Assembly: GCA_963710605.1 (NCBI GenBank)
Contig: CAVQBA010000006.1
Span: 800,001 to 864,000 of the forward strand
Direction of reading: 5' to 3'
Source: an uncultured cyanobacterium
Lineage (GTDB): Bacteria; Cyanobacteriota; Cyanobacteriia; Cyanobacteriales; Cyanobacteriaceae
Length of the DNA stretch: 64,000 nt
The notes under the pieces were generated by a model. That model was not told where the DNA came from and searched no databases. It was given only the letters and a program-made list of their open reading frames with translations. Shown piece by piece: positions 41,077 to 51,119 of this stretch (the stretch's first letter is position 1; every line of letters starts with the position of its first letter). The position numbers were made by a program, and so were the translations under genes.

Positions 41077-41499
41077 GTGTCAAGCAAATATAACGATTTA
41101 ATATCAAGTGGCAGAAGTGTCTCTAGTTTAAAGGCACATTTAGTGTTAACTAGTAAATATCGAAAAAAAATTTTCAACAAAGCAATGCTTATCAGGTTAG
41201 ATAAGATAATACAAGACCTTTTGAGCAAATGGGGGTGTAAATATATCGAGATGAATGGAGAAGAAGATCATGTACATTTGTTGTTTCAATATACTCCTGA
41301 TGTACAGTTGAGCAAGCTAGTGAATAACATGAAAACGGTAACTAGTCGATATTTGAGGAAAGAATTTGAACCTAGATTAAGCAAATTTTACTGTAAGGCA
41401 ACTTTGTGGAATGGTAGTTATTATTTATCATCTTGTGGTGGTGTTACTATTGAGACTTTAAAAAAGTATGTAGATAGTCAAAATAGACCAAGCACCTAG
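41077..41499 (+). CDS. tnpA: IS200-type Y1 (HUH) transposase
   Basis: HLVLTSKYRKK, EEDHVHLL, LWNGSYY.SSCGG, KKYVDSQ. Confidence 0.96.
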   Translation: MSSKYNDLISSGRSVSSLKAHLVLTSKYRKKIFNKAMLIRLDKIIQDLLSKWGCKYIEMNGEEDHVHLLFQYTPDVQLSKLVNNMKTVTSRYLRKEFEPRLSKFYCKATLWNGSYYLSSCGGVTIETLKKYVDSQNRPST

Positions 41500-41626
41500 A
41501 CTGCGATTCATCTCACGCTAATTTAACTAGGTTTTTTTTGAAAATTTAGCGTGAGGCTTCTCGCAGAAGAAAGCTAAAATCATTTCTAAAGGTTAATTTT
41601 TTAACTGATGATTCAGAGTATCTAAA

Positions 41627-42211
41627 TCAACCAAAAGAATAGTTATTTTCGCTTAATTGTTCGTTTTCAGTCTTAACAAAGTCGTAGTAATCATCTAAAA
41701 GTTGAGACATTAAACGATTTTTAATCCGCATCAATACTCCTTTAAGCAAACTGTTACCTGTAGTTTGTAACAATGCTTGAGGAGTTAGCCATAGCGGTGG
41801 TGGTAAGTCAATTTTGACAGTTAAATCAGCTTTTCCTTGTAAATAAATTTTATTGTCTGCGGTTTGTACAGGGGTTAGTTTACCTTTAAGAGTAAGGTTA
41901 AAACGACGATTAATATATTCTAATCCCTTAATTTCACACGAGACAGAATCAACATACACATTTCCTGAAGCACCAGACCAAACTTTAAGAGTTGCGATCG
42001 GTTGAAAATTATAAGTATCAAGAAAACTAAGGGGACGCATTTCTAAGCGATAACAATCATCCCCTAAATCGGTCATTAATTTTTTGTCGGCGATCGCTTT
42101 TACTAATCTAGAAGGTTGTCGTAGATAGTGTTGTATCGGAATAACCTGCGGTTGTACTTCTAAATTAACGCTTTCTTCAGCCTGAAAACAAACTTGTGTA
42201 TTATTCCACAA
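41627..42211 (-). CDS. DUF1997 family protein
   Basis: IQHYLRQPSRLV, F.LTLKGKL, GKADL.V...LPPPLWLTP, TGNSLLK.VL..IK.RL. Confidence 0.85.
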   Translation of the reverse strand: MWNNTQVCFQAEESVNLEVQPQVIPIQHYLRQPSRLVKAIADKKLMTDLGDDCYRLEMRPLSFLDTYNFQPIATLKVWSGASGNVYVDSVSCEIKGLEYINRRFNLTLKGKLTPVQTADNKIYLQGKADLTVKIDLPPPLWLTPQALLQTTGNSLLKGVLMRIKNRLMSQLLDDYYDFVKTENEQLSENNYSFG

Positions 42212-42571
42212 AATCTTAAATTCCTTTGATGGTTTTGGATAATGTAACGAAACTTAATAATTATCAAGAAATATGATCAAAAAGATCAATAACTTAATAA
42301 AGATCGATATTTTTTATTATACACAGCAAAGGTCGGAGTTAATAGTTGATAATCAACTTCAATACATTTATCAATAACGAGTGCTGTAACCGATTGTTAA
42401 AGATATTTGAGTTAAATTAAATCAGTTGTGCTTAATAGCTTATTTTTGTTGAGTTTTGCTTTTTTCAATGTATCGTTTATAAAGCAAGTTTTTTCAAGGC
42501 ACAATCCCACCCGACAAATCTGATAAACTACCGAGATTGTAGGATGGGTTAAAAGAGGTTTAAATGTACAT

Positions 42572-43739
42572 TTATTTGTGCATAGCCTTAGCCAACTCAG
42601 CCGCTACAGGAGGGCGAGAAAACTGAGGAGGTGGCAACTCACCATTACGTAACATTTCTCTTACTTTAGTACCTGAAAGGTGAATACGCTCATCTTTAGT
42701 CGCAGGGCTAGTTTTAGAAGTCGCCATTTGTTCTGTACGAGTACAATAAAAAGCGTGTTCAAACTTCATTGGTGTAATACCCATTTCTTCAGGTTTGAAC
42801 TTATCAAAAATCAACTGAGCATCATAAGTACCATAATAGTCACCAACACCCGCATGATCTCTACCAACAATAAAGTGAGTACAACCGTAGTTTTTACGAA
42901 TTAAAGCATGGAAAATCGCTTCTCTAGGTTCATGCGTAACGCATCGCTGAAGGATTAATAGCTAAGATAACTCTTTCTTGAGGGAAGAATTGATCCATCA
43001 TGATTTCGTAACAACGCATTCTGACATCTGCGGGAATATCATCACTTTTAGTCGCACCAACTAATGGATGTAAAAATAAACCATCAACTGTTTCTAAAGC
43101 ACATTTAATGATATATTCGTGTGCACGGTGAATAGGATTACGGGTTTGGAAACCAACCACAGTCTTCCAACCTCTTTCGACAAAAAGTTTACGTGACTCA
43201 GCAGGATCGATTTGATACTTAGGAAATAAGGGGTCAGCATCTCTTTCTAGTAACCAAACTGGACCTGCTAGATTGATTTCACCTTGATCGTAAACAACTT
43301 TAACACCAGGGTGTTTTTCATCATCAGTGCCGTAAACGTTATTTGCTTCATGAGCTTTGTTGTAACGGTATTTTTGAGTTAATTCTAAAACACCAACAAA
43401 ACGACCATCAGCATCGTCTAAACGAATCCAACTACCTTCTTCTAAGGGAGCGGCTGTTTCTTGGCTTACACAAAGCGTAACAGGTACAGACCAAGGTAAG
43501 TCGTTAACTAAACGCATTTCCTCAACTACTCTTTCGTAGTCGTCTTGCTCCATAAAACCATTAAGGGGGCTAAAACCACCGATCGCAATCATGACTAAGT
43601 CAGAGACTGCACGTTTATCTAGTTGTACACGGGGTAATTTGTCTGCTTGGTCTAAAAACTCTTGTTTTTCAGCACCAGAAGCAATACGATTAACTAAAGT
43701 CCCGCCATGAGCTGGGATAGTTTCGACAGCAGTACTCAT
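42572..43739 (-). CDS. sat: Sulfate adenylyltransferase, with an apparent 1-nt frameshift at ~42930
   Basis: [13 protein letters not shown]; ...AMRYA then [29 protein letters not shown] continues in the adjacent frame to SGTKVREML. Confidence 0.95.
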
Positions 43740-43847
43740 AAAAATTTATTCTAAATTCAATCAATATATTCAGGTCTTATCCTACCAAGCAACATTACAA
43801 TTGACAATTGCGATGATATCCTGTGTAACTCGAAAGATGGATATAGA

Positions 43848-44945
43848 ATGTCCACCAACAAAACAATTAAATTAAATTTTCGTTTGATAAATAGCGATAA
43901 TATTATGCAATTACAACGTCTTTGGCAAACTTTAACTTTTTTTGAGGTTATTCCTTTTTTAAGTTGTCTGCGTCAGTTTTTTAGTGGTAATCAATCAACA
44001 CAATCTTCTACTCGATCGAATATGAATTATATTTTACTTATTGACAATAATAGCGATTTTGCTCAAAAAACCATCACCGATTTAACTAACCGTATTACTA
44101 CTAATAATCTTCGTATCGTTACAACTAATTCTAATTTGGCTACTAACGAATCGGTAGAGATAGTAAATTCAAAACTCGACGAGCAAAACTTGACAGCAGG
44201 AGTCTTAGAAGGAGTAGAAACGATCGTCTCTTTTCCTCAAGCTAATATCGATCGATTTATTGAAATGGTGAATCGTAATCTCAACCCTAGTGAAATGATT
44301 CTCTGTTACTTTGAACAACAGAATCAAGATTTAAGTAATCTTTGGGGGGCAGTCGATGATGTTGTTATGGGTGGAGTGAGTGATAGTAGTTTGAGATTAA
44401 AAGAAAAAACAGCTCTTTTTACAGGAATTGTTTCTACTGATAATAATGGTGGTTTTGCCTCAGTGAGAACAAAAAACTTTAATCCGCCTTGGGATTTGTC
44501 TGCTTATCAAGGAATTAGATTAAGAATTCAAGGTGACGGTCAGCGATACAAATTTATTACCCGTTGTGAAGGTAAATGGGATGGTGTAAGCTATTGTTAT
44601 TCTTTTGATACGATCGCTAATGTCTGGATGACGATCGATGTACCTTTTAGTGATCTAATACCCGTATTCAGAGCAAAAACTGTATCCGATGCAGGGCAAT
44701 TTGATTCTTCTAAAGTATATGCCTTACAACTGATGCTGAGTAAATTTGAATACGATGGTGGTTATAATCCTAGTTTTCGTGCTGGTGCGTTTTGTTTAGA
44801 AATTGAATCAATTAAAAGCTACGGTAAGGAAGATTCACCGCAATTAGTTTTGATGGGTGATGTAAATACATGGAATAGTTATTCGACGAACACCAATTTA
44901 TTGAAAGTTTACGCCGAGCAAGTAGAAGACTTAGATATGATTTGA
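43848..44945 (+). CDS. CIA30 (complex I intermediate-associated protein 30) family protein
   Basis: WGAVDDVVMGGVS, VSTDNNGGFASVR, GDGQRYKF, MLSKFEYDG; true start may be 43905. Confidence 0.88.
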   Translation: MSTNKTIKLNFRLINSDNIMQLQRLWQTLTFFEVIPFLSCLRQFFSGNQSTQSSTRSNMNYILLIDNNSDFAQKTITDLTNRITTNNLRIVTTNSNLATNESVEIVNSKLDEQNLTAGVLEGVETIVSFPQANIDRFIEMVNRNLNPSEMILCYFEQQNQDLSNLWGAVDDVVMGGVSDSSLRLKEKTALFTGIVSTDNNGGFASVRTKNFNPPWDLSAYQGIRLRIQGDGQRYKFITRCEGKWDGVSYCYSFDTIANVWMTIDVPFSDLIPVFRAKTVSDAGQFDSSKVYALQLMLSKFEYDGGYNPSFRAGAFCLEIESIKSYGKEDSPQLVLMGDVNTWNSYSTNTNLLKVYAEQVEDLDMI

Positions 44946-44975
44946 GTGAATAATTAATTAAGTTTAGTTGATTTT

Positions 44976-45141
44976 GTAGGGAAAGGTTAAGCCTTGAAAA
45001 CTTTGAGGCATAAACGATCGCTCAAGAAAGTGAAATCCAACAACCGACGTTAAAGACGTAACTTGATTGATAATGGGTTACGGCTAAATTATTAATGAAT
45101 AGTTGAAGTTGGTAATGAATAATTACCTAACCCATCCTACG
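44976..45141. repeat. REP-like composite repeat between convergent genes
   Basis: GTAGG..GGTTAAG...GAAATCCAAC...ATGGGTTACGGC...CCTAACCCATCCTAC; related pieces at ~14241-14310 and ~42505-42550. Confidence 0.5.
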
Positions 45142-45163
45142 ACTAATTATTAATTATCAATTA

Positions 45164-46297
45164 TTAGTTGTACCATATATTTTCTATTTGAGTAATCATA
45201 TTTTGAGCTTCAACTTCTAATTCATTCGGTGAGGTAGAGTTGAGTAAAGCGGTGACATGACCGAGTTTTCTTCCTTCACGAGACTCTGTTTTGCCATACC
45301 AATGGACAAACGCCCCTAATTCTTCGATTGATTTTCGTTTAGTTAAATAATCATCTGTAGAAGATTCGTAACCCAAAAGATTCACCATCACCGCCCCTGA
45401 AGATTTTAAATTGGTGTTTCCCAAAGGTTTACCCGTAATCGCTTGTAACTGCATCGCAAATTGAGACGTTTGGCAAGCATCAAGGGTGTAATGTCCAGAA
45501 TTATGAGTACGAGGGGCAATTTCGTTAATTAGTATGTCTCCTGAGGTGGTGAGAAATAACTCGATACCTAAAACACCGACATAATCTAAACTTTCGACTA
45601 ACTTAGTAGCGATCGAATTAATATAATCTACTTGATTCAAATCTAACTCGGTTGGTGCGATTACCCAACGACAAACTTGATTGTGTTGATATGTTTGTAC
45701 GATCGGAAATATTTTGATTTCTCCTGTCACACTACGAGCTACAACTACCGCTAATTCTCGATCGAAATTAACAAATTCTTCAATTAATAAAGCAGTCTCT
45801 TTAAATTTAGCTAAAATATTATTTAACTCATCGATCGAATCTACAATGACAGTACCTTGTCCATCATAACCATGACGACGAGCTTTCAAAACTAAAGGAA
45901 AAGAAAAATTATTAAAATCATCATCGTGATTGTAAGCCGAAAATTGAGGTACGGGTAAATTATTTTCCACAAAAAAACAACGTTGCTCGTATTTATCTAA
46001 TAAAGAAAGCAAACTAGAGACACGAGGATAAAAACAAACACCTTTATCTGCTAATTTTTGTAATTGGGCTAAATCAACAAATTCATTTTCAAAAGTAATT
46101 ACATCGCAATGATGGGCTAACTCCGCTGTAGTGGTATATGAATCTACTTCTCCATAAATAACCCCTGTCGCTAAATCTACCGCCGAATCTTCTTCACTCG
46201 GGGTTTGCACCCATAATTGAATATTTTGGGCTGGGGCAACTTGTGCCATCATCCATGCTAACTGCCCACCACCTATCACCCCGACTTTCTTTTTCAT
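45164..46297 (-). CDS. purK: N5-carboxyaminoimidazole ribonucleotide synthase
   Basis: GVIGGGQLAWM, GYDGQG, NEIAPRTHNSGH, HWYGK...GRKLGH. Confidence 0.96.
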   Translation of the reverse strand: MKKKVGVIGGGQLAWMMAQVAPAQNIQLWVQTPSEEDSAVDLATGVIYGEVDSYTTTAELAHHCDVITFENEFVDLAQLQKLADKGVCFYPRVSSLLSLLDKYEQRCFFVENNLPVPQFSAYNHDDDFNNFSFPLVLKARRHGYDGQGTVIVDSIDELNNILAKFKETALLIEEFVNFDRELAVVVARSVTGEIKIFPIVQTYQHNQVCRWVIAPTELDLNQVDYINSIATKLVESLDYVGVLGIELFLTTSGDILINEIAPRTHNSGHYTLDACQTSQFAMQLQAITGKPLGNTNLKSSGAVMVNLLGYESSTDDYLTKRKSIEELGAFVHWYGKTESREGRKLGHVTALLNSTSPNELEVEAQNMITQIENIWYN

Positions 46298-46490
46298 CTT
46301 TTGCTACAATTACTAAATTCGGTCATTGTTACTTTGAGATTTTACCAAATAATGGAACGAAGATTATAATATAGTGTGAAGAATACTTTGGCTGATGCTC
46401 AGTCTAAATAAAAGAGGAAAACGAAAAAATGATTTTAACATTATTCATTATTAATTATTTTCGTTAGCAACATATTCAAGACAGGAAAAA

Positions 46491-47132
46491 ATGGAATCGA
46501 TATTAGCTGAAGCTTTTGATACATATAACCGTTACAGTGGCTGGATTGTTTGGAATTTATTTTTAGCATTCATTCCTTTAGTGCTAAGTGTTTGGTTGTT
46601 TTTAAGAAACTCACGAAAACGATTGTTTCCTTGGTGGATAACCTATATTATCTTTATCCTATTTTTACCTAATGCCGCTTATTTACTCACCGATATTATC
46701 CATTTGATTGACGCTATTCGAGGTAACTATTCTATTTGGGTTACTACCTTGATTTTTATTCCTTTACACTTATTAGCTATTTTTGCTGGGTGGGAAGCTT
46801 ATGTTATTTCGGTGATTAATCAAAGTCATTATCTACGCAGACAAGGTGCTAGAAAATTTATTATCTGGAGTGAATTACTTACTCATGCTTTATCAGCACT
46901 TGGTATTTTTCTTGGTCGATTTCGTCGTTTTAACAGTTGGGATTTAGTCACTAAGCCCGATGTTTTGTTTATGTCTGCTATTGGCGACTTAACTAGCCGA
47001 AAACCTTTATTAGTTATTATGATAACCTTTATTGTCTTGACTGTTTTATATTGGTTAACTAAACAAGTGACATTAGGATTAATGCTACGTCTAAAACAAT
47101 TTTTATCTAGTCTCGAAAGAAAAAATGGCTAA
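46491..47132 (+). CDS. DUF1361 family membrane protein
   Basis: WNLFLAFIP, FLPNAAYLLTDIIHL, LGRF.RFNSWD. Confidence 0.88.
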   Translation: MESILAEAFDTYNRYSGWIVWNLFLAFIPLVLSVWLFLRNSRKRLFPWWITYIIFILFLPNAAYLLTDIIHLIDAIRGNYSIWVTTLIFIPLHLLAIFAGWEAYVISVINQSHYLRRQGARKFIIWSELLTHALSALGIFLGRFRRFNSWDLVTKPDVLFMSAIGDLTSRKPLLVIMITFIVLTVLYWLTKQVTLGLMLRLKQFLSSLERKNG

Positions 47133-47375
47133 GAGCAAATTAAAATTGATTAAACCAAAATATGTAGTTAAAAACTGTATTCAAGAAAACAGCAAAAAAA
47201 GTAGATAATTATTAAGACAAGGTATTCCTTGTCTCGACGTTTACCTACTTTCTGTATTATCTTGCTTAAGTTAAAGGTTAGGATACTCGATCGTTTCATC
47301 TTCACAAAAGAAAATACGATCGATTACTACTTTGCCTTTAAAGCAAAAAACGGATGTTGCCATTTCTTTTAATAA

Positions 47376-47449
<74 letters not shown>

Positions 47450-47461
47450 ACGGTATTTACT

Positions 47462-47490
47462 AGTATAACCAGTCTTTTTGTTTTTGACAA
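47462..47490 (-). promoter_or_regulatory. Sigma70-type promoter of tRNA-fMet
   Basis: TTGTCA-17 nt-TATACT on the minus strand, 12 nt upstream of the tRNA. Confidence 0.75.
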
Positions 47491-47718
47491 CCCTAATTTT
47501 AAAATAGCTCTTTTGAAAGTATTTTTGAACGAAAAATCAAAGGGCACTCGTGCAAAGGTAATTTAAAAAATAGCACCGTTACTATCATTAAAATCCAATA
47601 CACCATTGATTTTTTTAGTAAATAACAGACACACACATCATAGGGTATGACCGCAATTATCAAAAACCAGCGTAAAATAGATGGAGTTATTCGATTATTT
47701 AGTTTTACTGATTTACTC

Positions 47719-48618
47719 ATGACAATACTGTCTCCTGATATTATTCAAGAAGCCGAAAAACTGACCGAATCTACATCTGTCGATTTATTTGAGCAAATCA
47801 AGTCGATTGCAATAACTACTCCTTTAAGTAATAATTCGATCGAGACGAGTTATGTTGTAGTGGGAAATGAAGATAATCCCCCGATACTTTTATTACATGG
47901 TTTTGATAGCTCATTAATGGAATATCGTCGCTTGTTACCTTTATTGAGCGAAAATTATCGAGTATGGCTAGTTGATTTATTCGGTTTTGGTTTTACCGGG
48001 CGTCAGGTTAATATTCCTTATTCTCCTGCTAGTATTAAAACACATCTGTATAGTTTTTGGACACAAACTATCGCACTTCCAGTTATCTTAGTTGGTGCAT
48101 CTATGGGGGGTGCAACTGCTATTGATTTTACTCTCACTTATCCATCTGCGGTTAGTAAACTAATTTTGTTAGATAGTGTTGGTTTGACAAATCAACCAAT
48201 TATGAGTAAATTTTTGTTTCCGCCTTTAGGTTTTTTCGCCACCGAATTTTTAAGAAATCTCAAAGTTAGACAAAGTATAAGTAAAAATGCTTACTTCGAT
48301 CGTGATTTTGCCAGTGTTGATGCTTTGCGATGTGCCGCCTTACATTTACTCTGCGAAAATTGGAATCTTGCTTTAATCTCCTTTACTAAAAGTGGTGGTT
48401 ATGGCTCATTTGCCGAGAATTTACCCAAACTAAATTTACCAACTTTGATTTTATGGGGCAAGCAGGACAAAATTTTAGGAATCAAACCAGCGAATAGATT
48501 TCAAGAATTAATACCTCAAGCTAAATTTGCTTGGATAGATGATTGTGGACACGTGCCTCATTTAGAAAAGCCAGAAATTACTGCTCAACAGATATTGAAT
48601 TTTGTTCCTGCTAATTAA
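47719..48618 (+). CDS. Alpha/beta-fold hydrolase
   Basis: LLHGFDSS, GASMGG nucleophile elbow, CGHVPHLE; start placed at ATG 47719 (track start 47647). Confidence 0.88.
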   Translation: MTILSPDIIQEAEKLTESTSVDLFEQIKSIAITTPLSNNSIETSYVVVGNEDNPPILLLHGFDSSLMEYRRLLPLLSENYRVWLVDLFGFGFTGRQVNIPYSPASIKTHLYSFWTQTIALPVILVGASMGGATAIDFTLTYPSAVSKLILLDSVGLTNQPIMSKFLFPPLGFFATEFLRNLKVRQSISKNAYFDRDFASVDALRCAALHLLCENWNLALISFTKSGGYGSFAENLPKLNLPTLILWGKQDKILGIKPANRFQELIPQAKFAWIDDCGHVPHLEKPEITAQQILNFVPAN

Positions 48619-48647
48619 AACAGATCAAGGTTTAAAAGAGATTTATC

Positions 48648-48676
48648 TTGCTTTTATGAGAAACAATCGTTATAAT
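48648..48676 (+). promoter_or_regulatory. Sigma70-type promoter of tRNA-Gly
   Basis: TTGCTT-17 nt-TATAAT. Confidence 0.72.
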
Positions 48677-48700
48677 GATATATGCAAGTAAAATGCAATT

Positions 48701-48771
48701 GCGGGTATAGTTTAGTGGTAAAACCATAGCCTTCCAAGCTATTGATGGGGGTTCGATTCCGCCTACCCGCT
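48701..48771 (+). tRNA. tRNA-Gly (TCC)
   Basis: GCGGGTA acceptor stem pairing with TACCCGC; anticodon arm ATAGC-CTTCCAA-GCTAT; TTCGATT T-loop. Confidence 0.95.
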
Positions 48772-49170
48772 TAGTCAAGCTAAATTATTTAGGATAGTTT
48801 TGAATTTTTGAAAGTAAAAACTCGAAAAAGTAATTAAGACAATATAAAACAAAAATAACCATCCAAAGCGTCTTTAAGCTTCTGGATAGGTTTAGTTTTT
48901 TCTGCCTGTATGTATAGACTTATATTCTTTTCCAAAAATAAGTCATCACTTTGCTATTTTAGAAAACGATCGTTCAAAATACAATTGATATTTTCTACTC
49001 TCTTTCTCAGGGCGGATTAAGAAGAGATAGGAAAGACGAGTGAGGGGTTGATAATAAGCAAAAAAAGTATGTGTAATCATCAACTCATTTAGCTATAGTT
49101 GTTTTTTTCTCTTCAATATAAATATAATACGGTTTGACCATAATTCTTACTCCAAGATACAAAAGAAAAA

Positions 49171-51066
49171 ATGATTTATTTAATGCAAGTTAGTTTTGGT
49201 GCTACTTTCTTAGCGGTTAGTCTTGGTTTAGGCGGTAAACTACTTAGTTTGTGGAAATCTTCAACTAACTCAAATTATTTACCATTTATCTTAATTCATT
49301 TTTATGGTTTTATCTATCTAGCAACCATAACTGTTGTTTACTCAACATTATTATTTGTCTTCGGAATTTATTTGCCTAATTGGGTTACTTTACTAATTTT
49401 ATTTTTACCTTTATTAATTGCCATTAGCAAACTGGGCATCTCCCATAAATCGATTAGTTTACCCACAGTTTTACTTTCTTTTCTCTCTCTATGGTTTTGT
49501 ATGTTTTTAGCTGGATTACCCTATTGTGGTAATTTGACGGCTGATATCGGTTATTACTTTCCTGCTAATGACAACCATGATATATTTGCCTATTTAATTC
49601 GAGCTAGTTTTCTTTCATCAAATATTAGTCATTTACCCTCAACTCTTAATGGTATTCCGATGGAAGAATTCATGTTGAATATTTCCTCAAAGTTTTCAGC
49701 CAGTTATATTCTCTCATTTTTATCGGTACTCTCAAAAGATTATGGATTAGTATCAGGAATGGGTATAGTGTTTGTCAAAGGATTACTGATTCATCTACTA
49801 TCTTTTGGGCTAAATCGTTCGCAAATAAAAGATTTAAAGTCTTGGTTGATAGCGATTATTATTGCTCTTCTGCCACTGGTGACTTGGTTACAGTCTTGGT
49901 ATTATCTCTCGCAATTATTTTTTATTTATGCTTCAATTTTGATAATCTTGGTTGATTGGCAATTATCTAAAAATCTTGGTAAAGACAATATTTTGTCGAT
50001 GATTGTCATTTTTATTTTGGCAATATATTTTACTCTTATGTATCCTGCCGCTATTTTTCCTTTATTATTAATTATTTCAATAGAATCAATTATCTCAAAC
50101 AGAAAACTAAATATTTTTGCTAAACAAAGAAAGATGATTCTACTACTTAGCCTTAGTTGTTTGTTTATTATAGGGATAAGTTTTTTTAAATATACTGAAC
50201 TTAATACACATATTACGTTTGATTATTTTTCTGTTTCTTATTTATCTTTATTAGGACAAATTTGGCAAGATAATTCTAATTTACAAGTCTTGTGGCAAAG
50301 TAAAGATATCGGTTTGAAAAATCAGTTTATAGGTTTATTTAGGGATGTTATCTATTTATCGATCGCTTTTTTTACGGTTAAAAAGTTTGTTTTTCATAAG
50401 TACTTTTTACAAATTAATTTGATTATCAAAGCTTTAATTACTAGTTGGCTATTTTATCAGTTGATTTTTTTTCTTTCTGATGCAAATTATAGAGCATTCA
50501 AATTCGGGTCAACATTTATAACTATTTTTAGCTTACTATTATTATCAACATTTTTAATTACAGCCAAAGATAATATTAGACGTTTGATTATACCAATTTT
50601 ATTGTTATTTTTAGCGATAAACTTTATTCCTTTTTTTAACATCAAATGGAATAATTCTTTTAGCAAGGAAGAAGTGAGAGTCGTGAATGAAATGATGAAA
50701 TCTACCAATAAAATAATTATTAGTGATATACCAAAGTATTATGTAAATATGATGCTGACTTTGAAGATAGAAAAAAGAGACTTATATATTCTAGGAAATA
50801 GCTATTATATTTATCAATTAAATTCTAATGATCAATTATGTTATCACGCTGATCAAGAGCAGATAATTGTTTATTATGAAGATGATTCACCCACTGCTAA
50901 CATAATAGAAGCTGATCAAGTTATTAGCGATCGTTTTTATTCGGCTGAACTTGATCGACAAAGCTGTTATGATTGGGCTTCACAGTATCCACAAATAACT
51001 AATAAAACAGCTCCAATTTATCAAAATGAGCAAAATATCGAGACTTTGTTTCAAAAGATATTTTAG
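49171..51066 (+). CDS. Polytopic membrane protein of unknown function
   Basis: 631-aa ORF with more than 10 hydrophobic segments, a loop with NDNHD, and a soluble C-terminal tail; very AT-rich. Confidence 0.7.
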   Translation: MIYLMQVSFGATFLAVSLGLGGKLLSLWKSSTNSNYLPFILIHFYGFIYLATITVVYSTLLFVFGIYLPNWVTLLILFLPLLIAISKLGISHKSISLPTVLLSFLSLWFCMFLAGLPYCGNLTADIGYYFPANDNHDIFAYLIRASFLSSNISHLPSTLNGIPMEEFMLNISSKFSASYILSFLSVLSKDYGLVSGMGIVFVKGLLIHLLSFGLNRSQIKDLKSWLIAIIIALLPLVTWLQSWYYLSQLFFIYASILIILVDWQLSKNLGKDNILSMIVIFILAIYFTLMYPAAIFPLLLIISIESIISNRKLNIFAKQRKMILLLSLSCLFIIGISFFKYTELNTHITFDYFSVSYLSLLGQIWQDNSNLQVLWQSKDIGLKNQFIGLFRDVIYLSIAFFTVKKFVFHKYFLQINLIIKALITSWLFYQLIFFLSDANYRAFKFGSTFITIFSLLLLSTFLITAKDNIRRLIIPILLLFLAINFIPFFNIKWNNSFSKEEVRVVNEMMKSTNKIIISDIPKYYVNMMLTLKIEKRDLYILGNSYYIYQLNSNDQLCYHADQEQIIVYYEDDSPTANIIEADQVISDRFYSAELDRQSCYDWASQYPQITNKTAPIYQNEQNIETLFQKIF

Positions 51067-51119
51067 CAAATTTAAATCGAATAACTGCAACAATTAATCA
51101 CTAATTGATTAAGCAATAA

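Larger units (their letters stand above)
39716..41578 (-). mobile_element. IS200/IS605-family insertion sequence (IS605-type, divergent tnpA/tnpB)
   Basis: Right end (minus strand) GAAG-CCCACACCA/TGGTGTGGG hairpin-...ATGTCAC ending at 39716; left-end hairpin CTCACGCTAA/TTAGCGTGAG near 41512-41555; left boundary approximate. Confidence 0.9.

Noticed and set aside
42922-42935. Programmed frameshift or true pseudogene in sat
   Set aside because: No slippery sequence; the break falls in the conserved YAGPREA motif and shares its context with another break, so an assembly error is more parsimonious.
48995-49035. Possible riboswitch (TCTCAGGGCGG) upstream of the membrane protein
   Set aside because: Lacks the rest of the FMN riboswitch consensus; looks like a degenerate copy of the hairpin repeat.
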